From the NCBI GenBank assembly GCA_963708075.1, contig OY970194.1:160001-224000 (forward strand): 64,000 nucleotides of DNA. The letters are read 5' to 3'. Position numbers and translations under genes: made by a program. Under the pieces are notes generated by a model. It had not been told where the DNA came from. It made no database searches and saw only the letters and a list, made by a program, of their open reading frames with translations. Each line of letters starts with the position of its first letter. The stretch's first letter is position 1. This document shows positions 10,447 to 20,272 of the stretch, one piece after another. This DNA is from Sedimentisphaerales bacterium. Its GTDB lineage: Bacteria > Planctomycetota > Phycisphaerae > Sedimentisphaerales > Anaerobacaceae.

Positions 10447-11599
10447 ATGGCGACACTGAACATGGATCGACTTCTCCAGGCGTGCGTAACGCAGGGGGCA
10501 TCCGATATTCACATCAGCGTGGGCCGCCCGCCGGTCCTGCGCCTCGACGGGCACCTGAGGTCTCTGGAGACCAAAGTGCTCGAGCCGGACGACACGACGG
10601 GCTTGATGAAGAGCATCACGCCGGACCGCTGCCAGCAGGAACTCCAGGAGGAAGGCGGTACGGACTTTGGTTTTGCCTTTGGCGATGCAGCCCGGTTCCG
10701 CGTGTCCGTGTTCAGGCAAAAGGGCAATATCTCCATGGTTTTGCGTCAGATTCCCAACAAGATCCTGACGTTCGAGGAGATCGGTTTGCCGAAGATTTGC
10801 GCGGCCCTGTGCCGCCGTCCCCGTGGCATGTTCCTGGTCACGGGCCCGACAGGAAGCGGCAAGACGACTACATTGGCCACGATGATCAACTACATCAATG
10901 AGAACTTCGACCGCCATATCGTGACGGTCGAGGACCCTATCGAATACTATCATCCCCACAAGAAGTCGATCATCAACCAGCGTGAGGTCGGCGTGGACGT
11001 CCCGAGCTTTGCCGAGGCACTGCGGCGTGTGCTGCGTATGGACCCCGACGTGATCCTGGTTGGCGAGTTGCGCGATCTGGAAACCATTGAGGCGGCGGTG
11101 CGTGCGGCCGAAACAGGCCACTTGGTCTTCAGCACGGTCCACACGACCAGCGCCGCCGGCACGGTCAACCGAATTATCGACGTGTTCCCTGTGGACCAGC
11201 AGGAACAGATTCGAATCCAGCTCAGCGGCAACCTGATCGCGGTACTGAGCCAGGCCCTGTGCCCGCTGGCGACAGGGCGGGGCGCGTGGCAGCCTACGAG
11301 TTCATGGTCGTAACGCCGGCTATTGCCAACCTTATCCGTGAGAACAAGACGTACCGCATCGATTCGAGCATCCAGACGGGCAAGAAATTGGGCATGCAAC
11401 TGCTTGATGAGCACCTGTGGCAGCTTTACGATACGGGCAGAATCAGCCTGGAGGAGATGCTGGACAAGGGCCGTCAGGTTGCGCCCTGCAGGAGAAGGCG
11501 CTGGCCAAGATCGGTGGCGCCAAGGGCAAGGCGATGAAGAAGAAGGCGGCCGAGGCAGCCAAGGAACTGGAAGACCTCGGACCTATCCTGAAGACGTAA
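10447..11599 (+). CDS. pilT: PilT retraction ATPase, split by frameshifts near 11280 and 11481
   Basis: [46 protein letters not shown] signature in the shifted frame. Confidence 0.9.
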
Positions 11600-11807
11600 G
11601 CACCTCGGAACGGTACCAGGGACTGCCATCGAGGAAACATCCTCAAGGAGGGGGGATTGACTTCTCCGGGTCGGGACTACCGACTTTTCAGGGCTTGACA
11701 ATGCGTCTCATTAACCAGGTGTCCAATGCGTAATATTTGTAACGCTCGGTATTTACTCTCCGTCTTGAAATGCGTAGATTGAATAAGGACTTTGAGGGTA
11801 ACAGGAT

Positions 11808-13574
11808 ATGGGCACGATGAAAACAGCGGAAAAATATCCTCCAGCGGAGCAACTCCGGGGCCGACCGTTGGGCCGCATCCTCATGAAGATGGGGCTCCTG
11901 AGCCGGGAGAAAGTCCACGAATGCCTCGAAATCCAGAAGAAGCGAGGGGGCGACGTGCGGCTGGGGCAGATCTTGCTCGAACTCGGGCTTGTCAACGAGA
12001 CGCAGCTCCAGGTGGCATTGGCCGGCAAGCGAGGCATGGAGTATGGGAGCATCGAAGGCCTGACGATCGCGCCGGAAGTGATCGAGAAGGTCCCCGCCCA
12101 GATGGCCAAGTCGTATCATATCCTGCCCGTCGAGTACAACAAAGAGAAGAATGAGCTGGCGGTGGTTCTGGACAACGTGGACAATTTCCGGGCCACCGAT
12201 GATCTGCGGACGCTCATGGGTTTCAATGTGACGGCGAAGATCACGGATCGCGACACCCTTGAGAGTGCGCTGAACAAGTATTATGAGACCAAGCAGGATG
12301 AGGGAATTACTGAACTGATTGACGAGATCCAGTCGGATGCGTTCCTGGCGGAGTTCGAGGGAAGGAACGCGAGCATCGACTTGGACGAGCTGAAGGAACT
12401 GTCCGAATCGAACCCGGTGAAGAAGCTGCTGAACCTGGTGCTTCTGCAAGCGATCCGGGACAAAGCGTCCGATATTCACTTCGAGCCATTCGAGAACGAG
12501 TACAAGATGCGCTACCGCATCGATGGCGTGCTGTACGAGATGATCCCGCCTCCGAAGTACATCGCCGCGGCCCTGAGCTCGCGTATCAAGGTCATGGCGA
12601 GCCTCGACATTGCGGAGCGGCGTCTGCCTCAGGACGGCCGAATCTCGCTGACCGTGCAGGGCAACCCCGTGGACCTGCGCGTCAGTGTTTTGCCGACCAT
12701 GTTCGGCGAAAGCGTCGTGCTGCGTGTGCTCGACCGAAGCCAGTTGAGCTTCGACCTGGAGAAGCTGGGCTTGCGGCCCCATGACGTCAAGACCCTGCGT
12801 CAACTCATCCGCAGGCCCAATGGGATCCTTATCGTGACGGGGCCGACGGGGTGCGGCAAGACCACCACCCTGTACTCGGCATTGAGCGAGTTGAACAGCA
12901 TCGACGTCAAGATCATCACCACGGAGGACCCTGTCGAGTACGATATCGATGGCCTCATTCAGTGTCAGATGAAGCCGGACATCGGCCTGACATTTGCCCG
13001 CTGCCTCCGGTCGATTTTGCGGCAGGACCCCGACATTATCCTCGTCGGCGAAATTCGTGACCTCGAGACAGCCGAAATCGCCGCCCAGGCGTCGCTGACG
13101 GGACACCTCGTGTTCACCACGCTGCACACCAACGATGCACCGAGCTCGATTGCCCGTCTGCTCGATCTGGGGGTCGAGCCGTTCCTGATCACGGCAACGC
13201 TGGAGGGGATTTGTGCCCAGCGGCTTGTACGAAAGATATGCACGAGCTGCAAGACGGCGTACGAGCCCAATGAAGCGCAACTGAAGGAGTTGAGCCTGAC
13301 GGAGGAGGACATCAAAGGCAAGAAGTTCTACTACGGGCGCGGCTGCAGCAAATGCAACGGGACCGGCTACCGCGGAAGAGTGGGCGTTTTCGAGATCATG
13401 ATGTTCGACGACGAGATCCGCGACCTGATCATGAATCGCGCGTCGACGAACGTCCTGCGTGTCGCGGCCCAGAAGAAGGGCATGATACTGCTTCGCGACA
13501 ACGGCCTGGCCTCCATTTTCGACGGAATCACGACGCTCGATGAGATTGTGAAAGAGACGATAACAGAAGGTTAA
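11808..13574 (+). CDS. pilB: PilB/GspE assembly ATPase (copy 2)
   Basis: [48 protein letters not shown] Zn motif. Confidence 0.9.
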   Translation: MGTMKTAEKYPPAEQLRGRPLGRILMKMGLLSREKVHECLEIQKKRGGDVRLGQILLELGLVNETQLQVALAGKRGMEYGSIEGLTIAPEVIEKVPAQMAKSYHILPVEYNKEKNELAVVLDNVDNFRATDDLRTLMGFNVTAKITDRDTLESALNKYYETKQDEGITELIDEIQSDAFLAEFEGRNASIDLDELKELSESNPVKKLLNLVLLQAIRDKASDIHFEPFENEYKMRYRIDGVLYEMIPPPKYIAAALSSRIKVMASLDIAERRLPQDGRISLTVQGNPVDLRVSVLPTMFGESVVLRVLDRSQLSFDLEKLGLRPHDVKTLRQLIRRPNGILIVTGPTGCGKTTTLYSALSELNSIDVKIITTEDPVEYDIDGLIQCQMKPDIGLTFARCLRSILRQDPDIILVGEIRDLETAEIAAQASLTGHLVFTTLHTNDAPSSIARLLDLGVEPFLITATLEGICAQRLVRKICTSCKTAYEPNEAQLKELSLTEEDIKGKKFYYGRGCSKCNGTGYRGRVGVFEIMMFDDEIRDLIMNRASTNVLRVAAQKKGMILLRDNGLASIFDGITTLDEIVKETITEG

Positions 13575-13622
13575 TGAGCACAACGCCCTGCGCAGGGGAT
13601 GGACTGAACAGGAGGTACGAAG

Positions 13623-14873
13623 ATGCCGGTATTTCAGTATGTGGCGTTGGATTCGCAAGGCGTCGAGGTGAAGGACGAGATCGAGGCGCTGAGCGAGAAG
13701 GAAGCGATCAGCAAGATCCGCAACATGGGGTATTTCCCCACGAAGGTGCGGTCGAAGACGGCGACCAAAACCGGGGGCAAAGCGGCGGCCAAGACCACGC
13801 ATCGGCGGGGGGCCAATGGAAGGGTCAAGGTAAAACACGTCACGCAGTTCGCCCGGCAACTCTCGACCCTGCAGGACGCGGGATTGCCCATCCTTCGTTC
13901 GCTGCGAATTCTCCAGGAGCAGCAGAAAGGCGGCAATTTCAAGCGAATCATCGGATACGTGGCAGACGACATCGAGGGCGGCTCGACGCTGTCGGAGGCG
14001 ATGGCGAAGTACCCGCGAGCCTTTGACCGGCTGTTCGTGAACATGGTGGCGGCGGGCGAGACGGGCGGCGTGCTGGACCTGATCCTCTCGCGTATCGCGG
14101 ACTTCAAGGAGAAGGCGATCCGGCTCCGCGCCCGCGTCAAAAGCGCGATGATTTATCCCATGGTCGTGCTGGGGGCGGCGTTTCTAATCGTGCTGGGTCT
14201 GATGAAGTTCGTGATTCCGTCGTTCAAGACCGTGTTGGAAGAGATGGTGGAAGGCAAGCTCAACCCGGTGACCACGACCGTGCTGGGGATCAGTAACTGG
14301 ATTGCGTACGACTACGGGTGGGCGGTGATGATCGCCATTCCGGTCATTATCATCATCCTTCTGAGAGTTGTCCGGAAATTCCGTCCGGGTCGCCTGGTGC
14401 TGGATACGATCAAGCTGCGGGTGCCGGTTGTCGGGCAGATCAGCGGCAAGGTCTCCATCACACGATGGACCAGGACGCTCGGGACATTGATCAGCGCCGG
14501 CGTGCCGATTCTTGACGCTCTCAATGTGACCCGCGAGACAGCCGGCAACGAGGTATATGCCAACGCGCTGGGCGCCGTCCACAACTCCATTCGGCAGGGC
14601 GACACATTCGCCGGCCCGCTTCGGCAGTCGAAAACGGTGGACCTGCTCGTTTGCAACATGGTGGCCGTCGGGGAAGAGACGGGCGACCTGGACAAGATGC
14701 TCTTGAAGGTCGCTGACAACTACGACGAGCAGGTGGACGTGTTGGTCGGCGGCCTGATGTCGCTGCTCGAGCCGATCATGATCCTCATGCTCGGCAGCAT
14801 CGTCATGGTCATCGTGCTCGCCGTCTTCCTGCCCATGATCCAGGTGATTACGAGCTTGAGCTCGGCGCAATAA
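13623..14873 (+). CDS. pilC: PilC/GspF inner-membrane platform protein
   Basis: FARQLSTLQDAGLP, MVAAGETGG, AMIYP, GEETGDLD, LLEP. Confidence 0.92.
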   Translation: MPVFQYVALDSQGVEVKDEIEALSEKEAISKIRNMGYFPTKVRSKTATKTGGKAAAKTTHRRGANGRVKVKHVTQFARQLSTLQDAGLPILRSLRILQEQQKGGNFKRIIGYVADDIEGGSTLSEAMAKYPRAFDRLFVNMVAAGETGGVLDLILSRIADFKEKAIRLRARVKSAMIYPMVVLGAAFLIVLGLMKFVIPSFKTVLEEMVEGKLNPVTTTVLGISNWIAYDYGWAVMIAIPVIIIILLRVVRKFRPGRLVLDTIKLRVPVVGQISGKVSITRWTRTLGTLISAGVPILDALNVTRETAGNEVYANALGAVHNSIRQGDTFAGPLRQSKTVDLLVCNMVAVGEETGDLDKMLLKVADNYDEQVDVLVGGLMSLLEPIMILMLGSIVMVIVLAVFLPMIQVITSLSSAQ

Positions 14874-14901
14874 TTGCAGTCCTGAAAAACGAGGCACCTA
14901 T

Positions 14902-15813
14902 ATGAAGGAGAATCCTATGAAACCCGTCGCGAAACAAACCAGACATCGAAAAGCATTCACCATCGTGGAGCTGCTGACCGTCATGAGCATCATCGTGATC
15001 CTCATCGGCCTGCTGGTTCCGGCCTTGAACAAGGTCAAACAGTATGCCACGAACGTCAAACAAAAGGCCCAGTTCCACAGCATTGAGGCCGCGGTGGAAC
15101 TGTTCGACAGCCAGTTCGGCGGTTACCCCGACTCGACCTTTTCTCCGTCCGGGACCACGGGCCCACGCGCCTACTGCGGCGCAGAGAAACTCGCCGAGGC
15201 CATGATGGGCCGGGACCTGATGGGCTTTCATCCCGACTCGATTTTCCGCAGCGACGGAACGAATGGTCTGACACCTGCTCAGTTCCTGTATACTCCCCTG
15301 ACGCGTGCTGCTCGACCGGGTCCCTTCCTGCCTCTGGAGAATGCTAGTGCAATTCCCTTGGGCGAGATCTACGCAAACATTGGTCCTTTTGACCCGTGTG
15401 ATTTCGTCTTGTGCGACGTGTACAACCGTGTGACAGATATCAAGACCGGTAGGAAGGTGGGAATGCCCCTGCTTTACTACAAGGCTAATACCTCCAGGCA
15501 ATCTCACGACCTGACGAACCCCAACAATCCGGACAACATCTACAACTGGAAAGATAACTCGGAGCTCATACGCCTGGGCAAGCCATTTGACCTAGCCGGA
15601 CTGCCCCACCGGCTTCTCTCGTACCCTGGGGTGCCACCCGTTCCAGCCGAGGCGGAGGGGATCAGGTTCTACCGAAACATCCAGAACGAGAGGGTGTCAA
15701 CGATCACAAGGCCGTACCGGGCCGATTCCTACATCTTGATTTCCGCCGGTTGGGACGGCGAGTATGGCACGGCAGATGATATCTGCAACTTCGACTGGTC
15801 GTTCAGAAATTAA
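14902..15813 (+). CDS. Large prepilin/pseudopilin (GspG-like C-terminus)
   Basis: KAFTIVELL class III signal; SAGWDGEYGTADDI. Confidence 0.85.
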   Translation: MKENPMKPVAKQTRHRKAFTIVELLTVMSIIVILIGLLVPALNKVKQYATNVKQKAQFHSIEAAVELFDSQFGGYPDSTFSPSGTTGPRAYCGAEKLAEAMMGRDLMGFHPDSIFRSDGTNGLTPAQFLYTPLTRAARPGPFLPLENASAIPLGEIYANIGPFDPCDFVLCDVYNRVTDIKTGRKVGMPLLYYKANTSRQSHDLTNPNNPDNIYNWKDNSELIRLGKPFDLAGLPHRLLSYPGVPPVPAEAEGIRFYRNIQNERVSTITRPYRADSYILISAGWDGEYGTADDICNFDWSFRN

Positions 15814-15965
15814 TTCGAGCAGCGAGGTCGGACAAGGCTTCCTCGCGACGGTTTCGATAGGATTGCGATTCTCATGGCCATGGCGTTATCGGGGCGGCTG
15901 GTGAGCCGGCCGCCTGAGACAAGGCGAAAAGTCGATAGGGACCATCGTATTGAAAGAGGACTACC

Positions 15966-16928
15966 GTGAGACGTGAAAAGTCGGGCTTGACGATCATAGA
16001 GATCCTGGTGGTGGTCGGCATCATCGCCATCCTCGTCGGCATCCTGGTGCCGGCGTTGACGATGGTGCAGAAGACGGCCAAAGGCGTGAAGCAGCGGGCC
16101 CAATTCACGGCGATAGACCTGGGTCTGGCTGCGTTCCGCAATGACTATGGCGAGTACCCGCCGTCGAACTGGTGGGACTCGCTCATCCCGAACACTCCGC
16201 AGGACTATTGCGGGGCACAAAAGCTGGCCGAGGCGCTGCTGGGCTGGGACCTGCTCGGTTTTCATCCGGATTCGGCATGGCGAGCGGACGGGCTCGATGC
16301 GGTGAATGGGCCGGAGACCTATGACCCGGCGGGGGTGTACAAGAAGGATCCGGTTGTCTATCAGCAGAACCTCAAGAAAAGGCGGGACCGTTACATCGAG
16401 ATGGATGTGGCCAATGCCTTCCAGCTTGGCGAGAGTACGGCCGGTAGGGACGGATTGTTCGTGAGTACAGCGGGGCTTTGGGGCGGTCAGCCGCTACGGA
16501 AAAACACATACGTGCTGTGCGATGTGTATGATGTGCCCGAGAGAAAGTTGATGCTCCCGGATGGCCGAAGCGTCGTTCCGGGCACGCCCATCCTGTACTA
16601 CCGGGCAAATGCAGCCAGCAAGACAATCGACAGGACGATCTCCGGGATCCGGCTCCGGGATCTTATCTACAACTCAGGTGATAACGTGCCGCTGATCAAC
16701 CTGGGGCGGCTGTCGGATGCCGCCAAGCCTATTGCCCAGCGGCAACAGCACCCACTGGACATGGCTGCCACTCCGCCGTGGGGCGTCAATTTCTATGACT
16801 ACATCCGGGACTCGAAGGTGACGGCTCATCCCTGGCCTTACCGGCCGGACTCGTACATCCTGATCTCGGCCGGGCCGGACGGCCTCTATGGCACCAACGA
16901 CGATATCCGCAATTTTGGAAAGAGATAG
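15966..16928 (+). CDS. Large prepilin/pseudopilin, paralogue of the preceding gene
   Basis: SGLTIIEIL signal; SAGPDGLYGTNDDI; shares several blocks with 14902..15813. Confidence 0.85.
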   Translation: MRREKSGLTIIEILVVVGIIAILVGILVPALTMVQKTAKGVKQRAQFTAIDLGLAAFRNDYGEYPPSNWWDSLIPNTPQDYCGAQKLAEALLGWDLLGFHPDSAWRADGLDAVNGPETYDPAGVYKKDPVVYQQNLKKRRDRYIEMDVANAFQLGESTAGRDGLFVSTAGLWGGQPLRKNTYVLCDVYDVPERKLMLPDGRSVVPGTPILYYRANAASKTIDRTISGIRLRDLIYNSGDNVPLINLGRLSDAAKPIAQRQQHPLDMAATPPWGVNFYDYIRDSKVTAHPWPYRPDSYILISAGPDGLYGTNDDIRNFGKR

Positions 16929-16959
16929 CACGGACCCTCGTGTGGGGCGGGCGTGGCCT

Positions 16960-17430
16960 ATGGCTGACTGGAAATACAAACGCGGAATGACGCTTGTCGA
17001 GATCCTGGTCGTGCTGGCGGTGATCGCCGCCCTGGCTGCCATGATCATTAAGGTGACGCTCCGCGTGGAAAACCAGTCCAGTGAGAACATCGTGGCCAAT
17101 GCCTTCTCCCTGCTCAAGGCGGCGTTGCGGGAATACTATGAGTACACGGACACGTTCCCGGTGCCCCTAAGGCCGACTGGCTCGGGCCGCATACAAGACG
17201 TCTACGACGCCCTCGATGCCGTGCCGACGTCTCGTCAGATTCTCAAGGGGATCGACACGGTCCTCGTGCAGAGGCATGACAAGCAGCCGGCCCCGGCGAG
17301 ACTGTACGACCCGTGGGGCACTCCATTCGATTATATCTATACTCCGGGCGATACCTTCCCGGAGCTGGTTTCGGCCGGGCCGGACAAGACGTTCGGCACC
17401 GCCGATGACATCAGCAGCAAGGGCACATGA
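16960..17430 (+). CDS. Small GspG-like prepilin
   Basis: RGMTLVEIL; DPWG and SAGPDKTFGTADDI motifs. Confidence 0.85.
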   Translation: MADWKYKRGMTLVEILVVLAVIAALAAMIIKVTLRVENQSSENIVANAFSLLKAALREYYEYTDTFPVPLRPTGSGRIQDVYDALDAVPTSRQILKGIDTVLVQRHDKQPAPARLYDPWGTPFDYIYTPGDTFPELVSAGPDKTFGTADDISSKGT

Positions 17431-17485
17431 CGGACCTGCGAGTTCCGTCAGAACAGTAATGCGATGCGATAAGAGAGCAAGACCC

Positions 17486-18355
17486 ATGCACGGTCGACCA
17501 CACAGGACAGTTGGTTTGACGCTCATCGAGACGACGCTGGTCGTCGCGACGATCGCGCTGATGGTGGGTCTGGCCCTGCCGGCCGTGCGGGCGCTGGTCC
17601 ATTCCTTCCAATCGGAAGGCGGGACGAAAAGCATCATTCAGGCGGCCCTGAACTCCGCGCGGACCATGGCCGTGACGCACCAGCGGTACGTCGGCGTACG
17701 TTTCCAGAAGGCGTGCATCTCGGAAGATCCCTGCGACCCGCTCAAAAGGGAGTTGAATGCGCCGCAGTACATGATCTTCATCATGCAGGAGGCCCCTGAT
17801 GTTCTGAATCTCGATAATGGTTTCCGAGCCCTCAAAGGACACGAGCCGATCAAGCTGCCCGACACGATCGGTGTCATGCAGCCAGAGGCTCCCCCTGCCA
17901 GGATATCCCTTGTGAGCGCCAAGCTTCCAGGCATGCTGAACGACATGACGACGTTCTCCATCATCTTCTCGCCTTCCGGCAGGCTGGTGGTTCATAAAGT
18001 CCGAGTCCGTAACAGGGATGGCGTATACCTGCCGGCGAACGATCCGGGGTCCACGAAAGTATCTCAAGACGATATCTTCAATTCCGCGGAGAACATCTGC
18101 CGGTACAAGGAGGGCATGTTCATCCAGGACGACTACTCGACGCTCAAGAACCCCTCCGCGAGGACTACGGAACTCGGGTTGGGGGAGGAGGACAGCGTCA
18201 CGAGCTTCTTCACGTATGAGACTGCGACGCTGCGAACCTTATACACGAAGCTCAACCGGCCTGATCCAGATGTGTTTACCTATCTCGACGCACTCGCAAA
18301 GGACAAGTCTGTGTATGTGAGTCCGTACACGGGGAACTTGGTTTCATCGGATTGA
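17486..18355 (+). CDS. Minor pilin, FimT/GspH-like (alternative start 17459)
   Basis: GLTLIET signal; ALNSARTMAV; IIFSPSG. Confidence 0.75.
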   Translation: MHGRPHRTVGLTLIETTLVVATIALMVGLALPAVRALVHSFQSEGGTKSIIQAALNSARTMAVTHQRYVGVRFQKACISEDPCDPLKRELNAPQYMIFIMQEAPDVLNLDNGFRALKGHEPIKLPDTIGVMQPEAPPARISLVSAKLPGMLNDMTTFSIIFSPSGRLVVHKVRVRNRDGVYLPANDPGSTKVSQDDIFNSAENICRYKEGMFIQDDYSTLKNPSARTTELGLGEEDSVTSFFTYETATLRTLYTKLNRPDPDVFTYLDALAKDKSVYVSPYTGNLVSSD

Positions 18356-18364
18356 CCCAGGGAT

Positions 18365-19180
18365 ATGAGCAGAAACCTGCGACAACATGGATTCTCGTTG
18401 ACCGAAACGCTGCTGGCCGTGGCGACGCTGGCCGTGGGGTTGCTGTTCGTCGGCGGGACGTTCATGACCGCCGTCTATTTCTCCACGATCTCGACGGAGC
18501 GGATGATTGGCTCCGTGGCGGCGGACGAGGGGTTTGCCAAGATCAAGCTGTATGGCCTCGATCCGGGCGCCATTACCCCGGTCAGCCTGTATACCCTGGA
18601 CCCGAATTCCGGCGACCCGGCGTCTATCCCGTATGTCCCATTCGAGTGGCTCAAGACCATTCCGCTCTCGGAGTACCTGTATCCTTCGACTGGAGAGACG
18701 ATGGTCGCCCAGTACTCGTGGGGGGCCATCTGCCGGCGGATGGCGGGCGGGGGACGCCTGGTCCAGGTCACCGTGTTCGTCAGCCGGAAAACCGGGGCTC
18801 ATTCGCAGTACCGCGTGCGAAAGCGCGGCGTCGATTGGCCAAGCCTGGACGTGTCCGACCTGCCTCGCCCGGTGCGCGTCAGCGTCGTGGAAATTACAGG
18901 ATCGCCGAACGAAATCCAGATCGTGGACAACCTTGCGGACGGCATCGATGAGCGCATGTTCATCAATGACGGAGCGTCCATCGTGGATGACGCGACGGGG
19001 CAGATCTACCGTGTCCTGAAGCGTTCCGAGACCCAGCCGGACAGAATCACGCTGGATCGGGCGTGGACAGGGGGTTCCCTCACGCCGGCGGCGCGCGGCG
19101 GGGTCTGGGTGGTGCCGCCATCGACCTTGGGCGGGCGCAATCCCCTTGTAGCTATTTATCAGCAGGTTCTCAGGTTCTGA
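18365..19180 (+). CDS. Minor pilin, PilV/GspI-like
   Basis: HGFSLTET signal with hydrophobic helix; position in cluster. Confidence 0.75.
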   Translation: MSRNLRQHGFSLTETLLAVATLAVGLLFVGGTFMTAVYFSTISTERMIGSVAADEGFAKIKLYGLDPGAITPVSLYTLDPNSGDPASIPYVPFEWLKTIPLSEYLYPSTGETMVAQYSWGAICRRMAGGGRLVQVTVFVSRKTGAHSQYRVRKRGVDWPSLDVSDLPRPVRVSVVEITGSPNEIQIVDNLADGIDERMFINDGASIVDDATGQIYRVLKRSETQPDRITLDRAWTGGSLTPAARGGVWVVPPSTLGGRNPLVAIYQQVLRF

Positions 19181-19188
19181 GCCGTACG

Positions 19189-20262
19189 ATGCGAAAAGCC
19201 TTTACATTGATCGAAGTGGTGGTCTCCCTGGGGATTCTGGCGGTGATCCTGTCGTTCGCCGGAGTCATCTTCAGGGTCAGCGTCGATTCCCAGCGGCTGG
19301 CGATGGCCAACGCCGAGATCATGCAGAAGCTCCGCGTCATCACAGAGCAGTTGGACACCGACTTTCGCGGGCTGTGCGAGGACGGGGAGATCCTGGTTTT
19401 CTGGCGCGCCGCGCACGTCCCCAACTTCATCGGGTCCAACCCGAATCATCCGTCGGCATTCGTGCGATACGACACGATCATGTTCTTCGCCGCCGGCGAC
19501 TGGTATACGTATCGGGCGACTCCTGTCATTCGCGGCAATATGGCGAGAATCTGCTATAGTCTGGCCAACGTTCCGGGGGCTGACCCATTGGACCCGAACC
19601 GGCCGATGGCTCAAAAGCCTTCAAAACGCATGTTGGCGAGAACGCAACACATCCTTACCTCGCCGTCCGGGCCGGTTGATCCGAATGACCCCCTGGGCAT
19701 GCGAGGATTTTCTGACAGCCAGTGGCAGGCTTGGAACAGCACGCAGGAGTACGATGCAATCTCGCTACAGGGATGGCTGCGCATCCCCAACGACATAAAG
19801 GCGGATATCATCTCTGTAATCGGAGACATTGAAGTCAACGTCGGGGTGACCAGCACCAGGTACAAGACGGCCGGGGGAATCATGTTGAACCTCGATCAGC
19901 CTGCGAACTCACTGCACGCCCTTATCTGCGAAGGCGTGGGGCAGTTCAAAGTCCAGGGCTGGAGCGATGTACAGCAGCGATGGATACCGGAGGTGAATCC
20001 GAACGGGGATCTTGACTTGGTAGATGATTCGGATTTCGTTCTCGATGGGGTGAACCTTCACGCCAGGAATATCCCGGGGTTGCGATATCCTGATGGGCCA
20101 GTGACGCTGAGAAACAATCAGAGGACCAGTCTGCGCGGCGTGCCCCTCAGTGATGTTCCCGGGCTTGGACGTGCGCTGAAGTTCACATTCACCTTGTACG
20201 ACTCGAAGGGCCTGATACCGAACGGCAGGACGTTCACGCACATTGTCAGCCTGGACAAGTGA
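19189..20262 (+). CDS. Minor pilin, PilW/GspJ-like
   Basis: KAFTLIEVV signal; QLDTDF; position in cluster. Confidence 0.75.
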   Translation: MRKAFTLIEVVVSLGILAVILSFAGVIFRVSVDSQRLAMANAEIMQKLRVITEQLDTDFRGLCEDGEILVFWRAAHVPNFIGSNPNHPSAFVRYDTIMFFAAGDWYTYRATPVIRGNMARICYSLANVPGADPLDPNRPMAQKPSKRMLARTQHILTSPSGPVDPNDPLGMRGFSDSQWQAWNSTQEYDAISLQGWLRIPNDIKADIISVIGDIEVNVGVTSTRYKTAGGIMLNLDQPANSLHALICEGVGQFKVQGWSDVQQRWIPEVNPNGDLDLVDDSDFVLDGVNLHARNIPGLRYPDGPVTLRNNQRTSLRGVPLSDVPGLGRALKFTFTLYDSKGLIPNGRTFTHIVSLDK

Positions 20263-20272
20263 CTGGATTACT

